DNA from: Octopus vulgaris
Taxonomy: Eukaryota
Reading direction: 5' to 3'
Length of the DNA: 64,000 nt
NCBI GenBank assembly: GCA_951406725.2
Contig: OX597820.1
Location: 125,426,001 to 125,490,000, forward strand
The position numbers were made by a program, and so were the translations under genes. Below the pieces are notes generated by a model. It searched no databases and was not told the DNA's origin. It was given only the letters and a program-made list of their open reading frames with translations. Positions 1 to 14,832 of the stretch are shown one piece after another (the first letter of the stretch is position 1; the number at the start of each line of letters is the position of its first letter).

Positions 1-595
1 AATTAAGAAACATCATTGGTATTACTACTTTGACTGAGATGCACATGGGTAAGTATAAGTATGTGAAATCACACGCCTAGAGTAACTTTTTAATCTAGAC
101 GTAACAGTCGGAATCTGACGCACCCTACCAACGTGAACATTTTCACACATGCGTAGAAAGTATTTTGCACACGCGGCATTAGATTTCGAAGGAAAAATAA
201 AGTCGGGCAGTTTTTAATGCACCTCCTATTGTAATTCACCAGAAAGTAGGGTTCTTAAAAGTGAAATAATATATCAGTTGACCAAATTGATATTAAAAAC
301 ATAAAACCCTGACGAATGATGCTTTAAATATATGAAACAAAACCACGAAAATGAAACATAAATGATAAAAATAAAATTAGATACAATGGATTATATATAT
401 ATATTTTAAAGTCTTTCCGTTCTTGGTTATTTACAGTCCCGATTATTTCTTTCTCAATTTCAATGAAGAAGATTTCTACATGGGCTGCAATAAAAAAGTG
501 CAAACGCAAAAATACAAATACACACGCATACACACAAACATACACGCACACACAAAATTCACTCAGCACGTATATTTGTATATATGTATATATAT

Positions 596-661
<66 letters not shown>

Positions 662-1600
662 CTATAAATGCATACACATATATGCATTTGTGTATGCTTA
701 TGCATATCCGTACACATACATATGTATTTCTATGTGTGCGTGTGTCTGTGAGTGTGTATACAAATTACGTACTTTATAAATACAGGAACATAAGTCATTA
801 GGTATTAACAGCAATAATGAAGATAAGGAGAAGAGAAATAGAAAAATACGTGCAATATGTCATGATGAAGGGGAGAATGGTGATGAATATAATGAGAATA
901 ATGATAATTTATGAATACACAGACACACACATACATAATAGATATATATATATATACATACATGCGTACGTATATGTATATATGAGCGTGAGCGTGTGGG
1001 TCTGTATGTATAGCATTACATTATACTACAAGTACGTATGTATGCATTTATGTATTTGCATTTATATTTTATAAGAAATATAAAAATGCCACGAACCATG
1101 AAGAAATGTGATGGTAATCAAAGAGTAATCTAATATCTTCCGTTCAAGATCACAGTGTTTGATATACTTCATAATATTTTCGTTCAGATTTATATAATCA
1201 TACGTTATATCCCCTTTAGCTTAATGTTGATTGCAATATTTGGGGTTAAAATTTGTAATGCCAAATATAATTGGATACACTTAAACTGCTGTACTCTCTA
1301 TATTATTATTTGATTGAAAGGAGTTAATCCATTCCAAAACTGCAAGCCTAATTTAACGACCTTTATTAAAAGGGTTATTGATTGCTGTTTCTCGTTTTTT
1401 TTTTCCAAATGCGTTTCAAAAGTATTTAGATCATGCCATTATGTTCATAATTACGTAAGATTCAATACATAGAATAAGAAACTATGCTAATCATGAGTTT
1501 AACTATCGCTGCATTAAATTGTTTTATAAATATATAAGAGGAATAAATGGCATTTATATAATCTTAGATATATATATTGTTATATATGTATGTATGTATG

Positions 1601-1689
<89 letters not shown>

Positions 1690-1714
1690 GTATGTATGTA
1701 TGTATATATATAGT

Positions 1715-2695
<981 letters not shown>

Positions 2696-2849
2696 AATTT
2701 TGTGTTTATCCGTGGTTTGTTTCTATCTCTGTTCATATTTAGTGCATAACCGATGTTTGAAGACGCTGGAACCATTGATAGGTAAATGTCGAGCACTCAT
2801 TCATGTCCGTCAACATTATCGTGTGTGTGTCTATGTGTGAGTGAGTTTA

Positions 2850-3045
2850 TGTGTCGTTTTGACCGCGTTTTCATCACGCCGCTTGGCATACGTTGCTATT
2901 GTGTTTACGTCCCCGTAGCTTTTGGGTTCATTACTAGAGCCCGATAATATAAGGACCAGGTATGAAAAAAATACCAAGTTATGTGGCCGACTAAAAGATC
3001 TTTAATGCGGTACCCCACCATGGCTGCAGTCTATCGTCTGTAACA
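2850..3045 (+). mobile_element. Degenerate 3' part of tRNA-SINE family A
   Basis: gtgtttacgtccccgtagc…ccaccatggctgcagtc is a diverged reverse complement of the 3' half of the SINE at 14572-15004. Confidence 0.6.
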
Positions 3046-3639
3046 TGTATAATGTTAGATACAAATGTGTGCGCATGTATGTGCGTGCGTGTGTCTATAG
3101 AAGAAAGAAGAAAAAAAAGAAACAAAGAAGGAAAGAAAATAGAGAGAGAAAGAAAGATAGAGAATCTCTAAGGATTTCAGATATTTTAAGAACTGCGTAC
3201 ACACTGCTGAAAAAGCATGTAAATCCGGCTTGCTGAAATGATGTGGTCGGTGTCTGTACAAGTGTATACATATCCCTATTGCTAGCTACATGCAAAGCTA
3301 GACATGTAGTTAGGTTGCCACGTAGATAGATATCCAGAAACAACTTGATTTTATCATAATTTGTGCCGTTTCACTTGTCCTATATCAGTAACATGATTTG
3401 TAGCATTTCACTAGCTTTGTCAATGAGTCAAGAGCTAAGTTTTGCCAAAAGATAATTTAATATGGGTGTTTCAAACAGCCATTTTATATTCTATTTCGCA
3501 TTTAGTAGACATATAAATGTTAGTTGTAGCCACTCTATTGAATATTAAGGCAGGTATACACACACGGTCACACAAACACAAATTCACACACACACGCATG
3601 TGTATATACACGTATGGAGGAATATACATAAGGTCATAG

Positions 3640-4270
3640 GCCTATGTATGAACTCAGTATCTGTTAGAGTGCAAGTTTCTTGTATATATAGTAGCCTCAA
3701 AAAGAAGCATCACTAATATCAGTAATATCAATGCCAACACAGGGACACACACTAAATTTCATGTCAGAACTTGCGTGTCCAAATTTAAAATTCCCCTGAA
3801 CAACCACAGATTTTCTTTCAGGGTCCCGGAGAGACGAAACACAACGACACCCGCAGCATAGGTATGGCGCCTAAAGAACGACCATACGCCTTTTAAAATC
3901 AGGTGCAAATTACTGGAAACTTGTGGACCCTCTCGCAATGGGACGAGACTATGTAAATTGTGTATGGCAGAAAGATATATAATCCTTATGAACTCACATG
4001 AGCCTGGAGGCTACCGGAACTCAAGGACTGAAGGTGATAGAGTTGTCCACATTTTCGGAAAATTTACTCCAAAATTGGAAGACCTAGCTATCAAGCGATG
4101 GAAGACCACTCAACTGATTATAAGTTTTAGGAGGAATATTTTGGGGGACTATCACCGGTGTTCTTGTGGTTAGAAAAATAATTCTTTGCAGAGAAAATAT
4201 AGCGTTTAGAGAAACTGAGGAGATATCTAGTTCCCGCTAGATATGTAACCAAGGGCTTCTTCTAAACTGT
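3640..4270 (+). mobile_element. PLE 3' relic: GIY-YIG endonuclease plus hammerhead-like tail
   Basis: Frame from 3754 reads KFHVRTCVSKFKIPLNNHRFSFRVPERRNTTTPAA*VWRLKNDHTPFKIRCKLLETCGPSRNGTRLCKLCMAERYIIL, fitting the PLE endonuclease pattern FK.R.NNH..SF….W.LK….C.LC..E. Hammerhead-like fold at 4204-4267. Confidence 0.75.
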
Positions 4271-4275
4271 TACGT

Positions 4276-4922
<647 letters not shown>

Positions 4923-5230
4923 AGCCACCTAACGCAGTTTCCGTTTCAGTATTGGATTGATTCTAGGATGTACAAAACTTATGAATGTAAGTTACGAAAG
5001 TATATACAAACTTACGAATATACGCATTGACAACGAAAAGGGATATTGAATGTGTGAAACGATCCTCTGAAGCTTTCGGACATACTACCACTAAACGTCT
5101 TTCTGTCTTGACGGACATATCGACAAGATAGATAAACAGATTGGAGGTTGTGTTTGTTTAGGTGTATATATATATAAATTGCTCCAGTCCACTCAGCTGG
5201 GACCCATTTAGTCGTAAACGATGAAGTGCT

Positions 5231-5317
<87 letters not shown>

Positions 5318-5361
5318 ATACATATCCATATATATATATATATATACATACACACACATAC

Positions 5362-5426
<65 letters not shown>

Positions 5427-5429
5427 CCT

Positions 5430-5861
5430 GAAGGCAGGGATGGACCTACGACCCGCACACCCAGAGAATCAATGGACGTTCTTCGCCCTGTCTTCGGTGA
5501 AATTCCTTGGACTTCTCGGTCCCCTGATTCTTCATGTGTGATTACTCCTCGTGGGGAAATCTCAAGGCACGTGTATACGCGCCTAAGCCACGTATATTGG
5601 ACGATTTGAAGGAAGTTCTTCGATTGGAAGTCCCATACATCGACAGAGCAATGCTGGAGAGAGTGGGGGCGTACTTCTAAGAACGCCTTCAGAAATGCAT
5701 CAATAAAAACGGACACCACATGATGGATGTTGTTTTCCACAGTTAATTTTGACAAATGCTAATTCAATACGAATAAGTTGATGTTAAGAAAATTTGTTTG
5801 CAACTAAAATTAATGATTTTGTGATTTTCTCAAAAAAGACCGTCCTCTCTGCCCCACCCTG
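5430..5861 (+). mobile_element. 3' fragment of a Tc1/mariner-superfamily transposon (WPPRSPDL-type transposase)
   Basis: [31 protein letters not shown], then after a frameshift [13 protein letters not shown]…ERLQKCINKNGHHMMDVVFHS*. Terminus ccccaccctg is the reverse complement of a CAGGGTG-type TIR. Confidence 0.75.
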
Positions 5862-5927
<66 letters not shown>

Positions 5928-5929
5928 CA

Positions 5930-5967
<38 letters not shown>

Positions 5968-6009
5968 CTTATATGTATATATCTATATATCTATATACGT
6001 CCCACCCTT

Positions 6010-6068
<59 letters not shown>

Positions 6069-8187
6069 ATATATATATGCATGTGTGCATGAATTGAATA
6101 GTACTAAACGAAGAACAGAATAACGCAACGGCAAACACATAAATCGGGAGGTAGCAAGAAAAATGTTTAACCATAGGTTTTGTTTTTATTAAATACCACC
6201 TTAAGTGCATTCTGTAATATTCCGTTTGACGTTAATGTAATCATGAAAAAAAACAATGCGCAACTGCATTTGTCTTGATGTTAATTGACGTTGTTTGGCT
6301 GAAACATCACAATGGGAATATCTAATTGGATTTTGAAATACTGTTACACATCACAAGAAAATTATTTGCTCAAAGACGCTGGCCAATGAATTTAATGCGT
6401 TCCATAATTGCAAACATTATTTGAAGACCTCAATTAAAAGGGTTATTGATTTCATTTCATTTTTCGCTACCGTTTAAAGTATGAATGTGCTGCCATTATA
6501 TTTAGAGTACTGCATGTTTCAGATTTAATGTATAGAAAACATGCTTATCGTAATTGCGAATATCATTTTCAGTTGAACTGTAAATTCGAATTTAAGGAAT
6601 TACATTTTCCGTAATATTTATAACCAATAAATTCTTGAGGGCAAAAGCTAATACATGACCAAAAACGAAAAATACCTTCCGTTAGTCGGAATATTCTGCA
6701 GATTTTGTTGTTTATATATTGTTCGTGCAGAATCTCTTTAGATAGAAACTTTATTATCAACAAATTATCCTTATGTATAAAATGATATTCTGGCAGTGAA
6801 GCTCGATGTCAAAATGTGCATCAAACGTGGTGAAATTAGGTTTCTGCTCAATATGTTGTTTTAAAATTTACGACTGCTTGTTATCTATTTGTAAATCTAT
6901 TCGCAGATGGTCTGCTTCCACATATCTGTTAATCTTTATGTGTACATAACTGGACAAGCAAACAGTTATGTGTAATATATAATTGAAAACAAGGAGACAC
7001 AAATGTATTGGCTTAGAAGCACACGTACAATGTTGGCAAATATATAGATACGTGACTGTTTAGCTGATTTTATATCAATTACAAATGAAAGAGCCGTGTT
7101 TCTAAACTAGAAACTTACAATTTCACAGGTGGTGAGTTATAACGCTAGGATATCCGCGCAGATACATAAATACGAGCGCATAAACATAGATTTATATACA
7201 CACACTTCAGTATCATGGTTACGGACAATTAACTGCTTAGAGAACGGAAAAATTTAGAAATATTCCATAAGCTTTTAGTAATCAGCTTATTTTCCCCAAT
7301 TGACCTGGAAGAATTAACAGAAGATATTTTACCTCACAAGCTTCACTACTTTAGATATTTCCTTTCAACTTTCAAAAAGTGTGATCGATTTACCTTTCAT
7401 TTATATTAGAGCTTTTGAATATAAGAGTGATAAATAATTATGTATTGGGTCGCTTTAAGTCCGTCTTCAGTTTTTACGTATTTTCTACTCCAATATCTAA
7501 CAGAAGAATATCGACTCAGTCAAAGTTATTCTTGCAAACGATTTAAACAATATCTTACACTTTCTTTCTTTTGTTTGTTTTCGTTTCAATTCAAACGAAT
7601 GGTAAATTGTCATGAATGGATAACATGCCACATGGAAAAAAAGTCAGATACAATTGAAGAAACAAGTAGAACATTAGTTAGCAGTTGTGTATCGTCTATA
7701 CATTTCTATACGGTTTTCTTCTCCAGTTCATCGAATTTCACTGCTTTTGGTAGAACTAGATTAAATGTATTCTACCACTGTAATTTGGTTTTAGTTAATT
7801 TATTACGGTATATGTTACTTTATAGAGTAAGACATGTTTCTTCTTTATAAACATAGGAAAAACGTAGATACACGTATGTATAACAAAAAGCATATATATT
7901 TGTGTAAGCAGATGTAACTATGTATGTGTGTGTGTGTGTTTGTTTTGGATATTCATATTTCATTTCTCAAGTTTCCACTATAAATGTTTGTTAAAAAATA
8001 ATCATTTGTATTTAAACGATTCTAAAGTCTGGGTTCAATAAAAACATTTTACTTCATGTGCATAATTTACCTGTGCTTGCATTTCTTTCGTTGAATATTC
8101 ACTACTTACTATTACAATTTTCTTATACCATGTTTGATAAATATCAACCTGCTCACTATGCAAGTGTATGACATTAGATATCTATTT

Positions 8188-8418
8188 TATGCATTTTATT
8201 ACCTTCGAAACGCGGAGTAGCCGAAACAGGGGCAACTGAAGAAGGGGAATATTCCTTGTGTTGTATGTCTGGTACTCTGTTTTTACGTTGTTTAAAAAAA
8301 AGTCAATTTCCATGTTTTTGTTTTTATGCTTTCGTTACTCATTGTGTTCAGCGTTTTTTATATGCATGTATATATACATATAGATGTAGGTATGTACATG
8401 TATGTATGTATATATACG

Positions 8419-8420
<2 letters not shown>
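8188..8420 (+). mobile_element. Short interspersed repeat family H (PLE/retrozyme-like), copy spanning an apparent end-to-start junction
   Basis: 8229-8420 is near-identical to the reverse complement of roughly 53820-54012; a related partial copy lies at 44183-44425. Confidence 0.7.
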
Positions 8421-8482
<62 letters not shown>

Positions 8483-8637
8483 TATATATATATATATGTA
8501 TGTATGTATATATTTAAACGATATTCTAGAGAGATTGTTAATCGAAGTATATTCGAATCGATATCTCAAACAATGTTTGGGTGTCAATAAAACCATTACG
8601 CATAATGGTTTTATTAATGAAAATAATTAGGGAAAAT

Positions 8638-9090
8638 AAGAGCAAAAAGTTGGTACGACCACAAACCTGAAGTCATCGTCGAAAATAGAAATGCAAAGAT
8701 CCTATGGGATTTTATGATTCAGTACGACCAACAAATAGAGAATAGGAAGACGGACACAGTTTAATTGAGAAAGAAAACAATCGATACTGGATCATCGATA
8801 TAGCATGCCCAGCTGACGAGTTATGCGATAAGGAAGAAAGAAAATTTGAGAGATATGACAGGTTAGCTTGGGAAGTTAAGCAGTTGTGTACGATAAATAC
8901 GTGGAATAAATAGGGGCTGCAATAAAGGTGGAGCACTTTCAGAAAACAGCACTGCTTGGAACCGCTCGAACACTCCGGAAGTTACTCGAAAAATACGGGG
9001 TGTTACCTTAGTTCTCTAGTAGCGAACAGCTGACACTGTAATACATCTCCAGCGTTAGGAGCTGCGCAAAGACAATGTTAATAATAAGGA
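8638..9090 (+). mobile_element. R4/Dong-type non-LTR retrotransposon, 3' end fragment (restriction-like endonuclease)
   Basis: SWYDHKPEVIVENRNAKILWDF…YWIIDIACPADE…YDRLAWEVKQL…QKTALLGTARTLRKLL, followed by a short UTR and taataat. Confidence 0.75.
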
Positions 9091-9091
9091 A

Positions 9092-10908
9092 CATAATGCG
9101 GACAAGGCATGATCTAGGAAAAGTTGCGCAATGGTTAAATGGAAACTGGATATGGTAAAAAGACCGACCGAGAAAGCCTAGAGAGAAAATATAAAGTACG
9201 GAAGAACGGGTTTGATGCAGTAAAAGAGGATCATGGAAAAAGCCAGGACATCAGAAGATTTATGAACAGAAATAAACAGTTCGAAGGAACAGATTGTTCA
9301 AAAATATCCCGAAGGAATTCTTTTGAACGATTGAATAAGACAATAGCGAAAACGTTGGTTCTGATGCAAATCAAGGCAAGGTGTTTTGGAGAGGATTATG
9401 ATGAAACAATGTCGTGCATAACAGGATGCAATGTAGATATGAACAATCAAGTGAGAATTACCATGAGGAAAGAAACAAAGGAATATTGTCATAAACACGG
9501 GAGATGTGAAAGTGGGTAAACTGGAAAGCTACCGGACCAGATAGGATTCAGGACTTCTCGCTGAAGAGATGCTACGCGGTGCATGAAAGTTTAGTAGCCC
9601 AATTAAATGAGCTTGTCAAGAAAGGTACAGTCCACGCGTGGATGGTGACCGGGAGGACAACACTTGTTATGAAAGATAGAAAATGGAATATTATGGGAGA
9701 CTACTGTCCCATAGCATGCCGGAATATAATCTGGAAGCTACTCACTGGAATATGTGCGGCAATGACATATCGTTTCATGGCACAGGAAGAAATACTATCA
9801 ATGGAACAAAAAAATGTAGTAAGATTTCTGAGGGGACCAAGGATCACCTGGTCATTGATAAAACTGCTTTGAGGCATTGTAAAAAGCATCATACAAACAT
9901 GTCTAAGGCTTGGGTTGACTTTAAAAAGGTATATGAAATGATGCGTCATTCTTGGATAGCTCAACGCTTGCAGATGTTTGGTGGTGCTGACAACATCACA
10001 AGTATTCTGATGCATAGTATGAAAGAGTGGAAAACCAAATTGTACTCAAGTAATGCATTCCGTGGAGAAGTTAATATTAAAGGTGACTCACTGTTTGCAA
10101 TTGCACTAATACCCATTAAAATGACACTTAGGAATGTTAAGGTGGGTTACCGCTGTGGTAAGAAAGGCCCAACATTGAATCATCTGTTTATGGATAACCT
10201 GAAATTGTTTGGTAAATCTGAAAAACAGATAGTTTCCTTAACCCAAGCACTCTAGAAGTGTGGTAGGAACATCTGTATGGAATTTGGGATTAGCAAATTC
10301 TCAGTACTTAATATGTACTGAGGGATGAAGGTAGCTTGCAGAAGATTGCGGTTACCATCAGGAGAGACACGAATGCATGGACAGTTTGACAGGAATATCA
10401 AGACAATAAGGATAATACAGCATGATGGGAATAGCTTGAGCGTGTTGATTTGAAGCATAACACCGAAAGCCTGATCATTGCTGCACAAAACCAGGCTCTT
10501 GCTACTAATTCAGTGAAGTATAACATCAACAAAACTTCTGACACCCATAAATGCAAACTCTGTGGGAAGAGTGTGGAAAATGTGAATCACTTATTAAGTG
10601 GATGTGAGAGCCTGGCACAAAATGAATACAAGCCCCACTACGATAATGTGTATGGAATGCGAAAGGATAATGTAAAAGTGAAACCGGTGGTGATTTGAGC
10701 GTTCAGCTCAATCGCATTGAAGCTTCAAGATTTCTTAAGGCAACTGGAAATCCCATGCAAGATTGATATCTTGCAAAAAGCAGTCGTATTGGACACAGCG
10801 CACATCTTAAGGGAATTATTATCTGTCTGGTGTCCTTGTGACTCGACAGATTACTAAAGACTCCGGCGCACTTTTACCTACACTGCGTTACGAAGTAATA
10901 ATAATAAC

Positions 10909-10964
<56 letters not shown>

Positions 10965-10968
10965 TAAC

Positions 10969-11031
<63 letters not shown>
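9092..11031 (+). mobile_element. R4/Dong-type LINE, decayed and internally deleted, with a (TAA)n tail or target
   Basis: RT motifs WKATGPD, GRTTLVMK, YCPIAC…WKLLTGI, GTKDHLVIDK, AWVDFKKVY…HSWI, HLFMDNLKLFG; CCHC knuckle CKLCGKSVENVNHLLSGC; LQKAVVLDTAHILR; frameshifts; runs into (TAA)n. Confidence 0.88.
10896..11031. repeat. (TAA)n microsatellite
   Basis: Direct reading. Confidence 0.97.
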
Positions 11032-11032
<1 letters not shown>

Positions 11033-11339
11033 TGAAGATATTTCACTATCTCACCTCCCCAAGCTTTCAGTCATACTGTAACATCTCTTATCCTTCACTC
11101 GCTACACTTGGTGTGTCTTGCCAATTGATTGCAACAAACATGCAGGATAAAAGTAAATTGATAATAACAACAACAACAACAACAATATTGTCAGCCACAA
11201 TAACATCAGCAACAACAAAAAGAATTAAACCGTACGCAGCTACGATATCAATTCTCAACACAGGTACTACAACTAAAAATTCTGAAGAAGTCCATATTCA
11301 CTGTTGTATCAAGTCATTAACTCTTGCAAAAACGATCAA

Positions 11340-11950
11340 TAAGTGCAAGCGGTCCATCACATAGTGAAACAATTCCGAGATGACTTAAAAAAGGACTTCG
11401 GTTTGGCAAATACATCAAGAATGCAGTTGTCGAGGGAAATCTATCAAAACACATGCAACATCGCACAAGATAATTACGGTGAAATAAAATAATTAGATCC
11501 CGGTGCAGTTATAAATATCTAGGTGCATGTGAAGGAGATAGAAGTCAGCATCCACTAATGAGAAAAAGGGTTAAACAATGAATGCTAATCGTAGAGCTAA
11601 AGCAATTCTGAAAACTGAGATGAACGCCAAAATCGAAATTTGGGAGGTGATCTAGCTAACCATGGCTGTGATTACATAAAGTCTTATGTTGTTAGCTGTA
11701 CATCCTTGTGACCAACATCGTTGATGTCACAATCCGAAACAAGACAGCTATACATCATATACATCATTCAACTGTAATCATAAATCAGACATACTTCCCG
11801 ACAAAATAAATAAATCGTGGGATAATGCAATTTCAAAATTTACTAAACATTATAATCGTGGAACATTCTGCCTCACTGCAAGAAGCAAGCGAATGTATCT
11901 TAAAGCTAGTTCGGAAACAGGAAGATAACAAAGTTTTTACTTAGGGACAA
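11340..11950 (+). mobile_element. Older R4/Dong-type RT/thumb fragment
   Basis: HIVKQFRDDL…DFGL, YKYLGACEGD…RRAKAILKTEMNAK, heavily disrupted. Confidence 0.55.
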
Positions 11951-12064
11951 AATATGCAATAAATATAGCTTCGAGCAATGCCGCCATATTCGCTTTTTAG
12001 TAAAGCATCAGAACAAATTAAATAAATGTAAATATTGATAAAACTGGCTTAAAGAGCAAACGAA

Positions 12065-12098
<34 letters not shown>

Positions 12099-12153
12099 AC
12101 GCATACATTAATATATGTACTACCCTTCGATATTAAAGTAAAAGCTGAGAAGA

Positions 12154-12209
<56 letters not shown>

Positions 12210-12531
12210 CTAAGTAAGAGAAGGGAGAGAGAGAATTTCGATTATCCCAACGTGAGGTGTAATTCACAGAACATATGCATAAAATAATACAAGGAAAATG
12301 CTCACAGTTTCACAGTTTTAATATAATCTAACCGAAAGTGTATTGTGATTGTCGATCGGCTTCGCTTTCGCTAATCATGACAATTCTATTATTGTACTTT
12401 CGTATTTCCTGAAGAAGCTTTTATTCCATGTTCTTATATGAGAATATGTGGATGAATCAATAAGTAGAAAAATCTAAGGGAAGTAATTGGTGATAGATAT
12501 TAATCGGGTCAGGTGAGGTAATTGTTCATTT

Positions 12532-13290
12532 TCGGGGTGGGATAAATAAACACAAAAAATTATAAGCTAATGCAGTGAGGTTAAATAGGTACAGAGATGG
12601 ATATGTGATTATGTATTAAAATATACACTGAGACCAAAGGTGGTTATGTGTTCATATGTAGGGTATTCTGTATTTTTCGATAAATAAATTTATAAGTTTC
12701 TTTGTACTAGTAGATGGGGAAAACAGTCAAATTTGGTTGCGGATTCGCTGCACATCTCTCTATGTGTTCACTCAAAAGTATCTGTCAATATTTTGGGAAA
12801 CGGAGCTGTTTATTATGTAGTGTAGTTCTTCGTCAAAGTGCCATACTTGCCTGTCCAGAAACTGAAAAAGTTATAACTTAAATTAAATTCTGGGATGCAC
12901 AAGTTAAGCCGGGTCTTAATTATGAACTTTTCTCCTGGTTTGAATTGAAATTCCGAGCCTTCCAGTCGGTTTGGTCATGTTCCACACTCTGGAAGTACAC
13001 ATTTTTTACCGTTGGATTCATGGTTGTAGTGTAAAGCCTCCCGTTTTTAAGGAGTCTTTTCGGCGATTTGGGTTGCTTTTTACATTTGATGAATTTATGT
13101 GTTTTCAGAATGTTTTTCATTTTTGGATCACTAGTGAGCTAGTATTTTGTATAATACTGTTTTATGCCCCAGTATCTAGGGATGTGAGTTGATATATACA
13201 GTTGTACTTTGAGATGAGATGTGGTGTTTCATTTCGATTTCCTTTGTGTTTTAACGCCTATTTTCTTGGCACGTTTATTTCCATCATATA
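12532..13290 (-). mobile_element. PLE linker/GIY-YIG relic (minus copy)
   Basis: ORF 12920-13120 (…KCKKQPKSPKRLLKN…); reverse complement aligns with 13395-13963. Confidence 0.75.
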
Positions 13291-13394
13291 TAGAAGATAG
13301 AATCTTACAATTACTGTTGTTCTGAGATCTTGCAGACGAGGCCCGGAGTATTTCCATCAGAGACTATTGAGCAACTTCTTCAAATATTTTCGTT

Positions 13395-13963
13395 GATTTG
13401 GCGAAAAACAATCCACATCGCTGAAAAGACTCCTGACAAATGCGAAGCTTAACAAAATGACTACGAAACCAATGGTTAAGAAATGTGGATGTCCAGTGTG
13501 TGGAACAGGTTCCAACATGCTGGAAGGCTCGGAATTTCAATTCAAGCAAAGAGAGATGCTCAAAATTAAGACTAACTTCACATACGCATCTCAGAATTTA
13601 ATTTAATTTATAAATTGTTCAGGTTGTGGATATAACTATGTAAGTCATACAGGTATGGCACTTAGACGGAGAACAACACTACATAAGGAACAGCTCCGTT
13701 TCTCACATTAAGGACAGGTACCTTTGAGTGAACATATAAAGCGATGTGCTAGGCATCTCTAACCAAATTTCAGTTTCTCCATGTACCAGTGCAATGAAAC
13801 AGTTTATGTACAAGAACATTTAAATAAAGAAACTTTATTTATAAAAAAATACAGAACTCATAACCAACTTCGGTCTCTATATATATTTTAATTCATAATC
13901 TTATATCCATCACTGTACATATTTTAGCTTATGATTTTTTTTCCGTGTTTATTTATCCCATCC
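13395..13963 (+). mobile_element. PLE Zn-knuckle plus GIY-YIG relic (plus copy)
   Basis: KQSTSLKRLLTNAKL…VKKCGCPVCGT…ASQNLI*FINCSGCGYNYVSHTGMALRRRTTLHKEQLR…PLSEHIKRCA, matching the PLE pattern N.IY.I.C..C…YIG.T…R…H. Confidence 0.8.
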
Positions 13964-14571
13964 CGCTTGTATATCTGTCACTTCCAAGGTTCCGCTCTCT
14001 ATGAAACATATGTAGCCCTGATATTATCTACCCTGATATTAAAACACTAAGGGAAACGAAATGAAACACCACATCTCATTTCCTTAGCTATTGTATACAC
14101 ACATACACACACACGCACACATAGGCACACATACACACACATACACACGCATGGATATAGTGATTGACTTCTTCGTTATTTCAAAACAGAAAATAATTTT
14201 ACACTTCTCTTTAAAATAGAATTAATTTCTACAGGGTTGCAAGAAGTGTGATTTTACTAAAAGTGAAAATGCATTCGCTACTTTACATAATTTCTATACA
14301 TAACACATATATAAAGATATGTAATTCTATAAACAGGTCTACGTTAGCCCGACTTTCAGGGAATGCTCATTCTATAAACGTTTAGCGTAAAAGCCTCCAA
14401 ATCCACAAGTGTTCATGGTTTAGAGATAAAATATGAAGTAAGAAACTAAATTAAATACGAACAAGAATCGAGGCACTTCTCTTACTAGATGCTCACGAAC
14501 TCACAAACGCGACAAGCAAAAAGCAGATTCCAATAACTATATAATTGATGTATTCGTGTTACTTACTTTTT

Positions 14572-14795
14572 GCTTACTCTTTACTCTTTTACTTGTTTCA
14601 GTCATTTGACTGCGGCCATGCTGGAGCACCACATTTAGTCGGGCAAATCGACCCCGGGACTTATTCTTTGTAAGCCCAGTACTTATTCTATGTGTCTCTA
14701 TTTGCCGAACCGCTAAGTGACAGGGACGTTAACACACAAGCATCGGTTGTCAAGCGATGGTGGGGGGGGGGACAAACACAGACACACAAACATAT

Positions 14796-14832
<37 letters not shown>

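Noticed and set aside
1-54. Possible exon end LRNIIGITTLTEMHM followed by gtaagt at the window start
   Set aside because: Too short, no acceptor visible and no resemblance to the expected GABA-B2 TM7 exon.
3282-3313. 11-bp hairpin ctagctacatg/catgtagttag
   Set aside because: Too short to distinguish from chance in 64 kb.
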